Below are positions 1 to 8,866 of a DNA stretch of 64,000 nt, piece after piece. Origin of the DNA: Syntrophomonas sp. (GTDB lineage: Bacteria; Bacillota; Syntrophomonadia; Syntrophomonadales; Syntrophomonadaceae); assembly GCA_016841875.1 (NCBI GenBank), contig JAENYG010000001.1:139247-203246 (forward strand), written 5' to 3'. The stretch's first letter is position 1; every line of letters starts with the position of its first letter. The notes beneath the pieces are model-generated. The model had not been told where the DNA came from, did no database searches, and saw only the letters and a list, made by a program, of their open reading frames with translations. The position numbers and the translations under genes are program-made.

Positions 1-142
1 CCAAGAAAAGAATATGCTTAACAGGTACATGCTGCAGCTCCTTAAACTTTGCCCGGAGCTTCTCAGCCAGCGGCCTGTAATCTTCGTTTATGAAATACTT
101 GCCGTTAAACTCATCAACAGCCAATTCTAATGCTTCTGACAT
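1..142 (-). CDS. phage early-region protein, N-terminal part only (gene runs off left edge)
   Basis: ATG at 142..140, 8 nt after AAGGAGG (rev-comp of 151..157). Frame open to position 1, translation MSEALELAVDEFNGKYFINEDYRPLAEKLRAKFKEL... Confidence 0.4.
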   Translation of the reverse strand, partial: MSEALELAVDEFNGKYFINEDYRPLAEKLRAKFKELQHVPVKHILFL

Positions 143-163
143 GATCCAAACCTCCTTTTATGA

Positions 164-487
164 TCAGTTCTTCAAAATATAATCCACCATATCTGCTGGT
201 ATGCACTTTGTTCCAGGCGAATATAACTCAATGGGCCTCATGGTGGTCTCGCAAATATCCTCGGTCTGCTTCTTGGCGGCGGTACCTCTAATCTTAGCTA
301 TTGACGGTGGATATTCTTCGTTATTAACATGTTCCATCACCCGGGCATGAGCTATCTTAAAAGCAATGTCCTGTAGCCTATCCCTCCACAGTTCATAGCG
401 TTCCTGAGTGATTTTAAACAGCAATGGATAAGCCAGATGAATCACCTTGAGCAGTTCTTTAACTTCGTGATCTGTCATGATTACCAA
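164..487 (-). CDS. phage protein, possibly G39P-type replicative-helicase loader/inhibitor
   Basis: 107-aa ORF overlapping the end of the upstream initiator gene by 7 nt. Its position right after the initiator and the ...EEYPPSIAKIRG... region recall the G39P loader family (from memory, unverified). Confidence 0.4.
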   Translation of the reverse strand: MVIMTDHEVKELLKVIHLAYPLLFKITQERYELWRDRLQDIAFKIAHARVMEHVNNEEYPPSIAKIRGTAAKKQTEDICETTMRPIELYSPGTKCIPADMVDYILKN

Positions 488-1401
488 CCCTCCATTAATT
501 TATCCAGGTCTTGTTCTGTCATTTTATCGGGGCTTGCCCTTGAATTTTGTTCCTGGTAATTAGCATCCGTGTAATCAAGATATCCTGAGTTATAAAATGT
601 GCTGCCATGCATAAATTGCTGCCATTCGGGTTTGTCTTTCTCGTAACGTTCAATGCACCGAAGAAAATGGTCTAATCCCAATGCTTTGTTTAATCTTGTT
701 ATTTGTGATTTCTTGATCTTCCCTTTGCCCTTTTTGTGGGGATAAGCTTTCCAGGAAGTTTCAAAAAATAAATCATCCGAAATAGAAATTGGAGCAGCTT
801 GATGCTCAATATATATAATACTTTCTTTAATACTTTCTTTATCTTTCTTTAAGGGGTCCGCTATCCCTTGGCAATTGGGCGTTTCGAGCGGTAAACTGTT
901 TACCGTACGGTCAACTCCAAGTTGACTATCCAGTAAACTCTCTGTTGACTGTTCGGTAAACTGTTGACTATCCTGTAAACTGTTTACTGAACGGTAAACT
1001 CTTGTATCTCTAAAGATAGTTTTATCCCACTGGTCCACATGGACATTAAAGGAGTATGTATAAGGGGAAGTGTTTTTATCACGGATAATAATATTCCAAT
1101 CCACAAGCTCGTTAAGCTTTCTACTTATTACGCTTTTTTCCATCCAGGTCTCTTCCACAAATACCTGGTAAGGAATACGGGCATGGGTCCTGCGTTTCTT
1201 AATCTTCTCGGTATGATCACTGCTTTCATCATGCCATGCATATGTTTCCAGCCATATTACGTCGATGATTGACCTGTGTGCACCGGATAATTTGGTTTTT
1301 ACCAGTGCCCTTAAGGAATCTTTAGCCAGAGGGAGACTCCCGTTATCCATATCGATTTTAGTGAGATAAGTCAAAAGTCCCCCTCCTTTCAAATATTGCA
1401 A
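481..1401 (-). CDS. phage replication initiator (lambda O-like N-terminal winged-helix type)
   Basis: 306-aa ORF. The N-terminal LSGAHRSIIDVIWLETYAWHD... resembles the phage O-protein N-domain. An iteron array lies inside the gene. A TTG at 1374 behind AAAGGAGGGGG may be the true start. Confidence 0.6.
   Translation of the reverse strand: MQYLKGGGLLTYLTKIDMDNGSLPLAKDSLRALVKTKLSGAHRSIIDVIWLETYAWHDESSDHTEKIKKRRTHARIPYQVFVEETWMEKSVISRKLNELVDWNIIIRDKNTSPYTYSFNVHVDQWDKTIFRDTRVYRSVNSLQDSQQFTEQSTESLLDSQLGVDRTVNSLPLETPNCQGIADPLKKDKESIKESIIYIEHQAAPISISDDLFFETSWKAYPHKKGKGKIKKSQITRLNKALGLDHFLRCIERYEKDKPEWQQFMHGSTFYNSGYLDYTDANYQEQNSRASPDKMTEQDLDKLMEGW
889..1003. repeat. iteron-like array (putative phage origin) inside the initiator gene
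   Basis: GTAAACT occurs 5 times (891, 933, 956, 975, 994). It is interleaved with GTTGACT at 921, 944 and 963 plus an inverted GTCAAC at 910. The last three spacings are 23, 19 and 19 bp. Confidence 0.6.
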
Positions 1402-1443
1402 TAATGAGGCTCATGATAAAGCCCTCCCCTAGATACTATGTTG

Positions 1444-1668
1444 TTAGATACAGCCAGACAAAGTCCGCTTATCTATTTCCGTGGGATCTGCCAGTTTCCA
1501 TCCCAGGCAGCCTTTCCCCTGGGTAGGTGATGTATCCTTATCACTCAGCCGACAGTATGCCGTTCTAACTCTGTCTTTATAGTCTGAATAAGTCCGTGGC
1601 TTAGCCGGTATATAGAATCTACAGGTACCGCAGGAACGTTCCATGAAATCATCTCCTTCTTTGGTCAC
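1444..1668 (-). CDS. hypothetical phage protein (Cys-containing, CGTCRFY...)
   Basis: 74-aa ORF, 4-nt overlap with the upstream gene (1665..1668), same strand as the early operon. Confidence 0.5.
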   Translation of the reverse strand: MTKEGDDFMERSCGTCRFYIPAKPRTYSDYKDRVRTAYCRLSDKDTSPTQGKGCLGWKLADPTEIDKRTLSGCI

Positions 1669-2015
1669 GCCACTCTTTCGCCCAGGTATTCGGCTTCTGT
1701 CACCAATTCAAAGTCGATAACCCAGACAAGTTCGTGCGGGTTCCAGTGACCATAAATCTGTTTAAATGCCTTTTTATAGGCAGGCACATGAGGGTACCCT
1801 TCTTTCCTGGCATCTTCATCGGTAATCTGTCCCAGGAACTCCTGGCGGGCCGCAGTAATCCTTATGTAAGCAAAAGGCTGCTCTCCCTTTTTAAAACTCG
1901 TTTTAGCCTGGTGAATACTCCCCACTTTTGCCCTGCAGTTGGCCCAGGTACGCCTGGTCTGCGTCTTTTTGCGACGTTTGATCGGCTCGACATGTTCTGG
2001 TTTAAAAAGCAGCAC
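1665..2015 (-). CDS. ASCH (PUA-like) domain protein
   Basis: 116 aa. The N-terminal FKPEHVEPIKRRKKTQTRR pattern is typical of ASCH domains common in phage early regions. Confidence 0.55.
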   Translation of the reverse strand: MLLFKPEHVEPIKRRKKTQTRRTWANCRAKVGSIHQAKTSFKKGEQPFAYIRITAARQEFLGQITDEDARKEGYPHVPAYKKAFKQIYGHWNPHELVWVIDFELVTEAEYLGERVA

Positions 2016-2019
2016 AAAA

Positions 2020-2211
2020 TCACCCTACCTTTTTTAAAAACTTAGTCGCAAAGCCACCGCCTGACTTACCTTCCAACAACACTACTTCACTACCGCACAA
2101 ATCCCAGGGTTCAGATTTGACATTGAAAACCTTATCCTTGTATTTATCCATCTGCGCTTCAGCGCAATTTACCATGACAACCTGATCTCCAGGCTTCAAT
2201 TCCTTTGCCAT
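2020..2211 (-). CDS. hypothetical phage protein
   Basis: 63-aa ORF packed between neighbouring genes (0 to 4 nt gaps). Confidence 0.45.
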   Translation of the reverse strand: MAKELKPGDQVVMVNCAEAQMDKYKDKVFNVKSEPWDLCGSEVVLLEGKSGGGFATKFLKKVG

Positions 2212-2463
2212 CTATCCCACCTGCTTCCCTAGTTCCATCTGGCAGCTCTTACATATGCACTTGCCCTTGAAGCTGGTAATCCCTTCTGCATTCCCGCAGA
2301 ATATGCACCCCGGGGCATACTTTTTCAGCACTATCTTTTCACCATCGGTAAAGATCTCCAGGGAGTCTTTTTCTTCTATATCCATGGTTCTACGCAGTTC
2401 CATCGGAATAACAATACGTCCCAACTCATCGATCTTTCTTACCACGCCAGTTGATTTCATCAT
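2212..2463 (-). CDS. AbrB/SpoVT-family DNA-binding protein with C-terminal Cys4 zinc ribbon
   Basis: STGVVRKIDELGRIVIPMELRRTMDIEEKDSLEIF is the swapped-hairpin AbrB signature. The C-terminus has CIFCG...CICKSC. Confidence 0.85.
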   Translation of the reverse strand: MMKSTGVVRKIDELGRIVIPMELRRTMDIEEKDSLEIFTDGEKIVLKKYAPGCIFCGNAEGITSFKGKCICKSCQMELGKQVG

Positions 2464-2482
2464 AATAAATCCCTCCTATTTT

Positions 2483-2689
2483 TTAATTAAATCTCATCCA
2501 TACCTGGGCAATTACCATGGCTATAAATAACACAGCCGCCACTATCGCCATAATTGCCCCCACCCGGTTAAACCATTTCAGAAGTTGCGTGTTTTCGAGT
2601 TTTTCTTCTCTTAACTCCTTATGTTCGATGGCTTGCCGGGCTTCTCCTTCCTTATTTTTGTATATTTTGGCAGATATTGTATTATACAT
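2483..2689 (-). CDS. small membrane protein (one C-terminal TM helix)
   Basis: 68-aa ORF with the hydrophobic stretch VGAIMAIVAAVLFIAMVIAQVW. Confidence 0.45.
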   Translation of the reverse strand: MYNTISAKIYKNKEGEARQAIEHKELREEKLENTQLLKWFNRVGAIMAIVAAVLFIAMVIAQVWMRFN

Positions 2690-2711
2690 TGGTTATCACT
2701 TCCTGTTAGCC

Positions 2712-2966
2712 TTATTCTTGTTCTTCCAATAGTTCCGACGCGAATTTGGCCCCGCATCCTGCACAGACCGTTTTATTACCGCGATTAGTGAATATTACGC
2801 TTATTAATTCGCCATCCTGGAAATGCTTTCCGCAGGAGTAACACTTAAAGCCTTTGTATCTAAAACTGCCGCGTATCCTTCTCCAGCGCTCATCAAATAC
2901 AGCAAAGTCTATCGCAACATGGGTTATATCATATACAGTTGTTCTGGTTTTTGTAATCTTAGGCAT
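2712..2966 (-). CDS. hypothetical phage protein with zinc-ribbon-like CxxC pairs
   Basis: The internal ATG at 2966 (MPKITKTR...) overlaps the upstream stop as TAATG. CYSCG...CAGCG motifs present. The longer track ORF (to 3047) would overlap the upstream gene heavily. Confidence 0.5.
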   Translation of the reverse strand: MPKITKTRTTVYDITHVAIDFAVFDERWRRIRGSFRYKGFKCYSCGKHFQDGELISVIFTNRGNKTVCAGCGAKFASELLEEQE

Positions 2967-3601
2967 TATTTCTGCCCCCTCTCTCGGGCTTGGAGAATAA
3001 ATCCCTTTACTATAGCCCTGTAAACATCCCCAATAGTGGGGCCACAATTCTCCATGTATACCTCGTCTGAATCAGTCAGTTCGTAGTAGCGATATAGTTC
3101 TTCTGCCGCCAACTCCAACGCCTGTCTCGTAATCTCTAGTTCCTTAGCCGCTCTCCGTGATGATTCGGCAATCATTTCATCGTAGGGTAATGATTCGTCG
3201 CAAAACTCCTTAAGGAATAAACCTATCACTCTCGCGGCTGTTGCATATCCCTTGACAATGCCCGTTTTTTTCTCCAACTCCGCAAGCATGGCAGAGCCGG
3301 CACCTGTTTTAAGAGATTTTTGCAAATTAACCATGCTTTCAACTGGTATGAAATACCCTGAAAGTTCAGGTCCGTTATATCCTTTCTTGATATAGCGGTT
3401 GCTTTTGGCAATTAACCCTTGAATCGATCGAATTAACCCTGCACAATCGGCCTCAGCCTGCTTGGTGCGGGACTGAAGCTCTTTTATCTCGCTACCTCTA
3501 TCCAAAAACCGTTCTTCCAGGCATTTAGGGCACATATTGGTTTTGTTTTTACTCAGGTATAATCTCCCGCACCTTTGGCATATAGGGTCGCTACTGCTCA
3601 T
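2966..3601 (-). CDS. hypothetical phage protein, N-terminal zinc ribbon
   Basis: 211-aa ORF with CQRCG...CPKC at the N-terminus and a helical remainder. Confidence 0.55.
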   Translation of the reverse strand: MSSSDPICQRCGRLYLSKNKTNMCPKCLEERFLDRGSEIKELQSRTKQAEADCAGLIRSIQGLIAKSNRYIKKGYNGPELSGYFIPVESMVNLQKSLKTGAGSAMLAELEKKTGIVKGYATAARVIGLFLKEFCDESLPYDEMIAESSRRAAKELEITRQALELAAEELYRYYELTDSDEVYMENCGPTIGDVYRAIVKGFILQARERGQK

Positions 3602-3619
3602 TTAGAGATACCTCCTTCC

Positions 3620-3874
3620 CTATATTTCAACGCTATCTAAATCAATTTTAAGCATCTCTAGTCTATTGGCTGCCGCAATATAGGTTCCAACCCATCCGAC
3701 AAATGTACCATTATCACGTTCATGGCTAATATAAACATCTTCTTGCCGTGCTTCCACAAACACAACGCCAGTATTTATATGTGCTTTAAAACTATGTAAA
3801 TCGGGATTATTTACATTGCGCTCAAGTTTCTGCAGTAATTTAAATATCTTATCTCCGTAACTTAAATCATCCAT
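3620..3874 (-). CDS. hypothetical phage protein
   Basis: 84-aa ORF in the operon. Its start overlaps the stop of the upstream small ORF. Confidence 0.45.
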   Translation of the reverse strand: MDDLSYGDKIFKLLQKLERNVNNPDLHSFKAHINTGVVFVEARQEDVYISHERDNGTFVGWVGTYIAAANRLEMLKIDLDSVEI

Positions 3875-4001
3875 CCTGCCGCACCTCCCCCAGATAGCCT
3901 ACCGCTAGGCCGGCTGCAATGTAAGGGCTGATGTTGATCCAGTACAAGTCTATGTAAGCCAGGATGCAGGCAAAGACTGAGAATACGATTAGTTTTTTCA
4001 T
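3867..4001 (-). CDS. small hydrophobic protein (44 aa)
   Basis: ATG 4001..3999 sits behind GGAAGGAGG. Translation is MKKLIVFSVFACILAYIDLYWINISPYIAAGLAVGY... It falls below the ORF-track length cutoff. Confidence 0.35.
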   Translation of the reverse strand: MKKLIVFSVFACILAYIDLYWINISPYIAAGLAVGYLGEVRQDG

Positions 4002-4037
4002 GAGTCAGTGACCTCCTTCCATGGGTAAGGCCAGAGC

Positions 4038-4745
4038 TTATGCCCCAGCAACATATACCGGCTTCCCGGTTAACTCTTGTAGCTCTCGCTTAAATCTCCC
4101 AGCGTCTGAATTGTCGCCAGATAAGTGAATCAGGTGTATCTCCCTTACCTGGCTCATATCATTGACTCGGATAAACCCCTTAACATTCTCCAGGCTCAAA
4201 TGGCTCTTGAGTATTCGGTTCTTCTGCACCAGGTCCACCAGCCCAGAATCTACATTACTCCTGAGTATATCCAGGGCATAATTGCACTCGATCATCAAAT
4301 GAGTAATGCCCTGAAACTTATATTTGCAGTAATACGAATCGGTAATGAATAATAGTTTCTCACCCGTTTTACTGGCCAGCAGGAAGCCCAAGGGCTCCTT
4401 TGCATCATGCTGTGTGTCAAATGGCAGTATGGTCCAGGTACCTATATTAAAGGGTTCTAGCGCCTTAACCGGATGCCCCCGGTGGTGACCATCCATCTGT
4501 AGAGCATCGAATGTACCATAAGATGCATAAACATCGATTCCAGCCTGCAATATATCCTTGACAGCCTTCGAGTGATCGCCATGCTCGTGGGTAACAAGGC
4601 ATCCGGCCAGGCCAGATAATTTGAAATTAAGAGCCTTCTGTATTTGCTTAAAGGGTATACCTGCCTCGATCAGCAGCGGGGTGCTACCGTCTGACACGCG
4701 GTAGCAATTCCCCGAACTGCTGGAAGCTATTACTTGTATATCCAT
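4038..4745 (-). CDS. MBL-fold metallo-hydrolase (phage recombination-associated nuclease type)
   Basis: HxHxDH motif (THEHGDH). 235 aa, immediately downstream of RecT. Confidence 0.8.
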   Translation of the reverse strand: MDIQVIASSSSGNCYRVSDGSTPLLIEAGIPFKQIQKALNFKLSGLAGCLVTHEHGDHSKAVKDILQAGIDVYASYGTFDALQMDGHHRGHPVKALEPFNIGTWTILPFDTQHDAKEPLGFLLASKTGEKLLFITDSYYCKYKFQGITHLMIECNYALDILRSNVDSGLVDLVQKNRILKSHLSLENVKGFIRVNDMSQVREIHLIHLSGDNSDAGRFKRELQELTGKPVYVAGA

Positions 4746-4747
4746 GG

Positions 4748-5767
4748 CTAGAAACCTGGGCCATCAGTGCCGGTCGGGGCTAATGTTTCAGGCTCCAGTT
4801 CTGCCTCTGGTTCGGTAACGGGAGTCACCTCGCCGGTTTCTTGATCAACAACAGAGTAGTTAACGTCAATAGTCTCTTTATTGGCGTTTTCGTCTATCTC
4901 TTCGGCAACCCTGGCCTCAGCCATAGTCATTTCCATTTCTCTCAGCCGCATGTAATCATCATCAATCTTCTGGCTATCAATAGTAATGTCATTGAATGCC
5001 GCCCGATAAATGGTCTTATAGCACATCTGTTCAAACCATCCCTCGACCTGCTCTTTACCAACCTTCTTGTTTTTGCCGGCTTTTTCGTCGTATTCCCATT
5101 TATCTTTTTCGCCACCCCAAAATTCAACGCTGGCATAGTCCGGCTTGCGCTTGAGAATATCCTTCAAAGAGAAAACCACCAGTTTATTCTTCTCGGGGCT
5201 GTTCTTGTACATGTGGTAGTAGAATCCCCCTACCACTTCGCCCCGATCAAATTCATTGACAACCTCAAACTCATAGGTTGCAACCGGGTTATTCCGGTCT
5301 TTGCGGTAAGATTTAAACTTATCTTTGGAGAATACTACCTCAACTACTACGTCCGGCACATCCAGGCCGTACTTGGTGGCCTTTAATTCAATGCCCCGGT
5401 AGCCTTCTATGAAGCCAATATCATATTTGCCGGTGCCGTTGTTTTTGTATGGGATCAGGTTAATGTGATTCTTCTGGGCGGGATCCAAACCAATTCGGGC
5501 ATAGGATACAACATTTCGGGCCAGCTGTTCCATATTTACGTTAGCCCAAGTTACGGGTACCTGGTCGCGATATTTCTCTGACTTTTTCAGCCTCTTTTCC
5601 TCGGCTGCTTTTAAATTGGCATCGAGTGCTATAAAGTAGTTTTGGGCTAATCTCTTCTGGAAATCGGTCAGGGCAACTTCCCCTACCCCTCCAGTAAATT
5701 CGGCAATAACTTTGTTCATAAACCTTTCCGACATGGTTAAATCTTTATTAGCAATATCTGTGCTCAT
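4748..5767 (-). CDS. recT: RecT-family single-strand annealing protein
   Basis: 339 aa with a RecT-like core (NLIPYKNNGTGKYDIGFIEGYRGIELKATKYG) and an acidic C-terminal tail. Sits in a phage recombination context. Confidence 0.75.
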   Translation of the reverse strand: MSTDIANKDLTMSERFMNKVIAEFTGGVGEVALTDFQKRLAQNYFIALDANLKAAEEKRLKKSEKYRDQVPVTWANVNMEQLARNVVSYARIGLDPAQKNHINLIPYKNNGTGKYDIGFIEGYRGIELKATKYGLDVPDVVVEVVFSKDKFKSYRKDRNNPVATYEFEVVNEFDRGEVVGGFYYHMYKNSPEKNKLVVFSLKDILKRKPDYASVEFWGGEKDKWEYDEKAGKNKKVGKEQVEGWFEQMCYKTIYRAAFNDITIDSQKIDDDYMRLREMEMTMAEARVAEEIDENANKETIDVNYSVVDQETGEVTPVTEPEAELEPETLAPTGTDGPGF

Positions 5768-5967
5768 TATCGTGCCTCCGTTTCATGCTTTTTTAAATCG
5801 TTTTTCCAGTCGTTACAGTCGTCGCAGAGGGCCTCCTGCAGTTCCTTGACGGAATCTTCGGAAACTGTTAAGCCTTTACAAAATCTGGGGCAGGGAAAGT
5901 GTATCTGTCCTGGATGTATTTCCAGACCTTCCACGTATTCACCACAGCGCCCGCGGAATCCATACAT
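5767..5967 (-). CDS. hypothetical Cys-rich phage protein
   Basis: 66-aa ORF, 1-nt overlap with recT, adjacent to the ATPase gene stop. Confidence 0.4.
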   Translation of the reverse strand: MYGFRGRCGEYVEGLEIHPGQIHFPCPRFCKGLTVSEDSVKELQEALCDDCNDWKNDLKKHETEAR

Positions 5968-7995
5968 CTATATAGCCTCCTTAAACAGATTAGCCTGTGC
6001 ACCTTCTACCTCCACCACCAACTTGCTGTATTTTTGCTTGTTCTCAGCGGTAATCTCAGGTTTGATAAGCCGGATGATCTGAGTATTCATTTCTGGTAAA
6101 GTGGTTACTGATTCGGCATTATCCACGAATATTGGCGGATAGAACCCATAGTGTTCAGATAGCGTTCTGATAATATCCATGCCTACAATAATCCGATGGC
6201 CGAGGTTTAATCCTGAGTTATAAGGCACTCCTTTATAGGTGGTCTCACAGGTTTCCTTAATGCCCTCATTGATTTGGTTTTCGAACATCTTGAACCGGGC
6301 TAGTTTAAACTTGCTGTTGATCTTTTCTTCCAGCAAACGCACCTTGGCTTTGGTGAATTCTTCGGTCAGATACAGTTCATGTTCTAATTTTTCAAATGCC
6401 TCGGCCAGTTCGCGTTCCTGCTGTTTCAATTCTTCAATCCGCTTCTTGCCGGATTCAGCATATTCTATCTGCGCAAGGGCTATCTGCAGGCTGGACAATG
6501 CTTCGTTCTGCCAGTCTATTTCGTTTTTGATCTTATCTGTTTCGGCAGTGTTACCGTCCTTCAGTTTTTTGATATCATCCAGTAAGGCAGCTTTCTGCGT
6601 TTCCAACTCAATGTAGTCAACCCTATCAGTTACAGGTGGTTCACTGGTATCAGTGTTGGCAATGTTTTCTTTCATGGCTTCGATTCGAGCATCTAAACCC
6701 GTCTGGTTTTTCCTGGCATCAGCAATTTGGCTTATGAGTGCTGATATTTCTGTTTCCATCGACTCGGACTTTTCTTTTAATTTGAATCCATCTTTACTTA
6801 TCGTCTCCAGATTGTGAGACTTGGCCCGATTGAATTCGCCCAGGGCTTTTTCCCTGGCTGCTTGTAGCTGGCTTTCCGGTAATGATTGGCCGCAGGTGGG
6901 GCAAGTGTCCGATTGTTCAAAGATGAACTGCTGACTGTTGTACTCATACCATTTATCCCGCAAGGATTGCCGCCTAATTTCGTTGTCAGCCTGATCTTCC
7001 AGCAAATACTTAACTCTGCTTTCCATCCTGCTAATATTGCTGGTGACGGATAAGGCTTCTTCCTGAACCCTTCGCAGTTCTTGCCGTTTGCTATCTGCCT
7101 TACCTTCGGTTTTTTCCCGGTACTGGTTCTTAATGTTAATCAGTTCTGTTTCAATCTCCGCGATCTGCCTCTGTTTATCGGTTATAGCCTTGCCATTACT
7201 GAGCGCAGATAATTGTTGCTCCAGCTTGCTGACTTCATCCTTTTTATTGACGATCTGCCCCTGCAGGCTTTCCTTGCTTTCGATGTGTGCCTGCTCCGGC
7301 ATTCCTTTTACTACTTCATCTATCCTGGTAGGTATTTTATCCAGTTCCTTATTAATGCGGGAACGCTCGGCAGCTATAACCTTTTTGTGATCTTCAAGGC
7401 TACGCTGATTTATAATGTTTGTAAGCAACAAAACGTCCTGCTTATTATTTAAGGTTGCATAGCTGTCAATGACTTCTTTGTCTGATATGTCGCCACAAAC
7501 TTCCATGATTATGTCGCGGCGGTCCTGCCAGTGCAGCTGCTCGTTGAAATAAGTGGGGCTGGTCAGGAGCTTGAATATATCTTCGTTAATGATTGAATCA
7601 ATGTACTTCGTGTATTCGCTCTTTTTAACCGGTACTCCGTCAACGAAGTAGTTGGTTTCGTGTCCGGTAAATTCTTGTTTTGCCGATCCCCGCTTCTTAG
7701 TCCACTTCTCCGCATAGACTTTTCTTAATACAGTCTGCTTGCCACCGATATCCAATGCGGTTTCAACTTCGTGGTCAATAGCAGGGATTACTTCCTCGTG
7801 GCTATCCAGGGTCTTAATGGAAAAATCCTTCTTATTTTGGGAATCCTTATCAAACAATAGCCAATGGAATGCATCAGCCAGGGTTGTTTTGCCACCTTCA
7901 TTATCAGCGTAAACTGATACGTTATTCCCCTGCGTATCCAGGGTGAAATTGGCTATTCCCTTAAAATTTCTGAGGGTCATTTTATGCAATCTCAT
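5968..7995 (-). CDS. SMC/Rad50/SbcC-like AAA ATPase with coiled coil and CxxC hook
   Basis: The start MRLHKMTLRNFKG sits behind AAGGAGG. Walker A is DNEGGKTT. A long coiled coil is interrupted by CPTCGQ (zinc-hook-like). The C-terminal PIFVDNAESV is a Walker B/D-loop. Confidence 0.75.
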   Translation of the reverse strand: MRLHKMTLRNFKGIANFTLDTQGNNVSVYADNEGGKTTLADAFHWLLFDKDSQNKKDFSIKTLDSHEEVIPAIDHEVETALDIGGKQTVLRKVYAEKWTKKRGSAKQEFTGHETNYFVDGVPVKKSEYTKYIDSIINEDIFKLLTSPTYFNEQLHWQDRRDIIMEVCGDISDKEVIDSYATLNNKQDVLLLTNIINQRSLEDHKKVIAAERSRINKELDKIPTRIDEVVKGMPEQAHIESKESLQGQIVNKKDEVSKLEQQLSALSNGKAITDKQRQIAEIETELINIKNQYREKTEGKADSKRQELRRVQEEALSVTSNISRMESRVKYLLEDQADNEIRRQSLRDKWYEYNSQQFIFEQSDTCPTCGQSLPESQLQAAREKALGEFNRAKSHNLETISKDGFKLKEKSESMETEISALISQIADARKNQTGLDARIEAMKENIANTDTSEPPVTDRVDYIELETQKAALLDDIKKLKDGNTAETDKIKNEIDWQNEALSSLQIALAQIEYAESGKKRIEELKQQERELAEAFEKLEHELYLTEEFTKAKVRLLEEKINSKFKLARFKMFENQINEGIKETCETTYKGVPYNSGLNLGHRIIVGMDIIRTLSEHYGFYPPIFVDNAESVTTLPEMNTQIIRLIKPEITAENKQKYSKLVVEVEGAQANLFKEAI

Positions 7996-7996
7996 A

Positions 7997-8302
7997 CTAA
8001 ATTGCCTCCTTTCGTTGCTTAAATCGCTTAACGTTGTCAAACAGGGCCTGTCTGCTGGCCCCGTAAATCTCTTCCAACTCGCGCCAGGTAACTCCCTGTC
8101 CCCGCATCCGGATCATGGCTTCTATATCCCTCTGGGTAAACCTGTGTCTGATCGGAGCAGCAGTCTGCTTATGCAGTTTGGTTATCCCAACAGTCAGCAC
8201 AGCTTGCTCCGGGGTCATAAAATCAGGGGCAACCACCGCTAGCTGCAAGGCTCTGTAGTTATACCTGAGATCAAAATCAGCGTGGATCTGCTCTGCTAAC
8301 AT
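7997..8302 (-). CDS. small HTH DNA-binding protein (Hin/resolvase-type HTH at C-terminus)
   Basis: The internal start MLAEQIH... (ATG 8302) sits behind AAGGAGG. The C-terminal GVTWRELEEIYGASRQALFDNVKRF is HTH-like. The longer track ORF overlaps the upstream gene. Confidence 0.5.
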   Translation of the reverse strand: MLAEQIHADFDLRYNYRALQLAVVAPDFMTPEQAVLTVGITKLHKQTAAPIRHRFTQRDIEAMIRMRGQGVTWRELEEIYGASRQALFDNVKRFKQRKEAI

Positions 8303-8303
8303 A

Positions 8304-8555
8304 TCAGACTGCCTCCTTTGCCCCCTCTTTCTCTTTGGTGGGCACCTTCCCGAGTATGGTCTTTGCAATGTCCCGGAAGGGTGCGATCTCTTCTTCCGGA
8401 ACATCGATCTGGGTCACGACGCCCTTAGAGATTTCATTCCTGGATTCAATCTCCACAATGTCTCCAATTTCAACCTTTTCCGGAGTGTAATAGGTGTATT
8501 CTCTGCCTGTGGGTTCGCCCTTTCTAATAAATCTCAGCTTTATAATGTTTGTCAT
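8304..8555 (-). CDS. hypothetical phage protein
   Basis: 83-aa ORF, 4-nt overlap with the upstream gene. Confidence 0.45.
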   Translation of the reverse strand: MTNIIKLRFIRKGEPTGREYTYYTPEKVEIGDIVEIESRNEISKGVVTQIDVPEEEIAPFRDIAKTILGKVPTKEKEGAKEAV

Positions 8556-8866
8556 ATTGCCGCCTCCTTTGTTGAACCGTCTCCATGCTCAGCCCGGGCA
8601 AGAGCTGCTGTAAGTTTTTCTACGGTACCCGCATCCAGTCTGAGGGTTATCAATCCGCCTTGTACGTAATCACCCCAAAGACCGGGCATTTGGCTTCTTA
8701 TTTCTGCCAAGACTTCATACAGGTCTGGAGCTGTAGTTATCAAATTGCCATCGAGTTCTCCGTTATATACTAGGGCTATCAGGTTCCCTGCAGTATCCGT
8801 TATTGGTACCATCTTGCACTCTGATATGCTCTTACCCTTAAACCAGGGTTTCTTTGTATGACTCAT
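8552..8866 (-). CDS. hypothetical phage protein
   Basis: 104-aa ORF, first gene after a 390-bp structured gap. Confidence 0.45.
   Translation of the reverse strand: MSHTKKPWFKGKSISECKMVPITDTAGNLIALVYNGELDGNLITTAPDLYEVLAEIRSQMPGLWGDYVQGGLITLRLDAGTVEKLTAALARAEHGDGSTKEAAI

Noticed and set aside
6239-7452. Plus-strand ORFs 6239..6616, 7088..7390 and 7213..7452 in the ORF track
   Set aside because: They lie entirely antisense to the 676-aa SMC-like ATPase gene. They are Ser/Leu/Cys-rich with low complexity and have no RBS. They are typical shadow ORFs of a Glu/Lys-rich coiled-coil gene.
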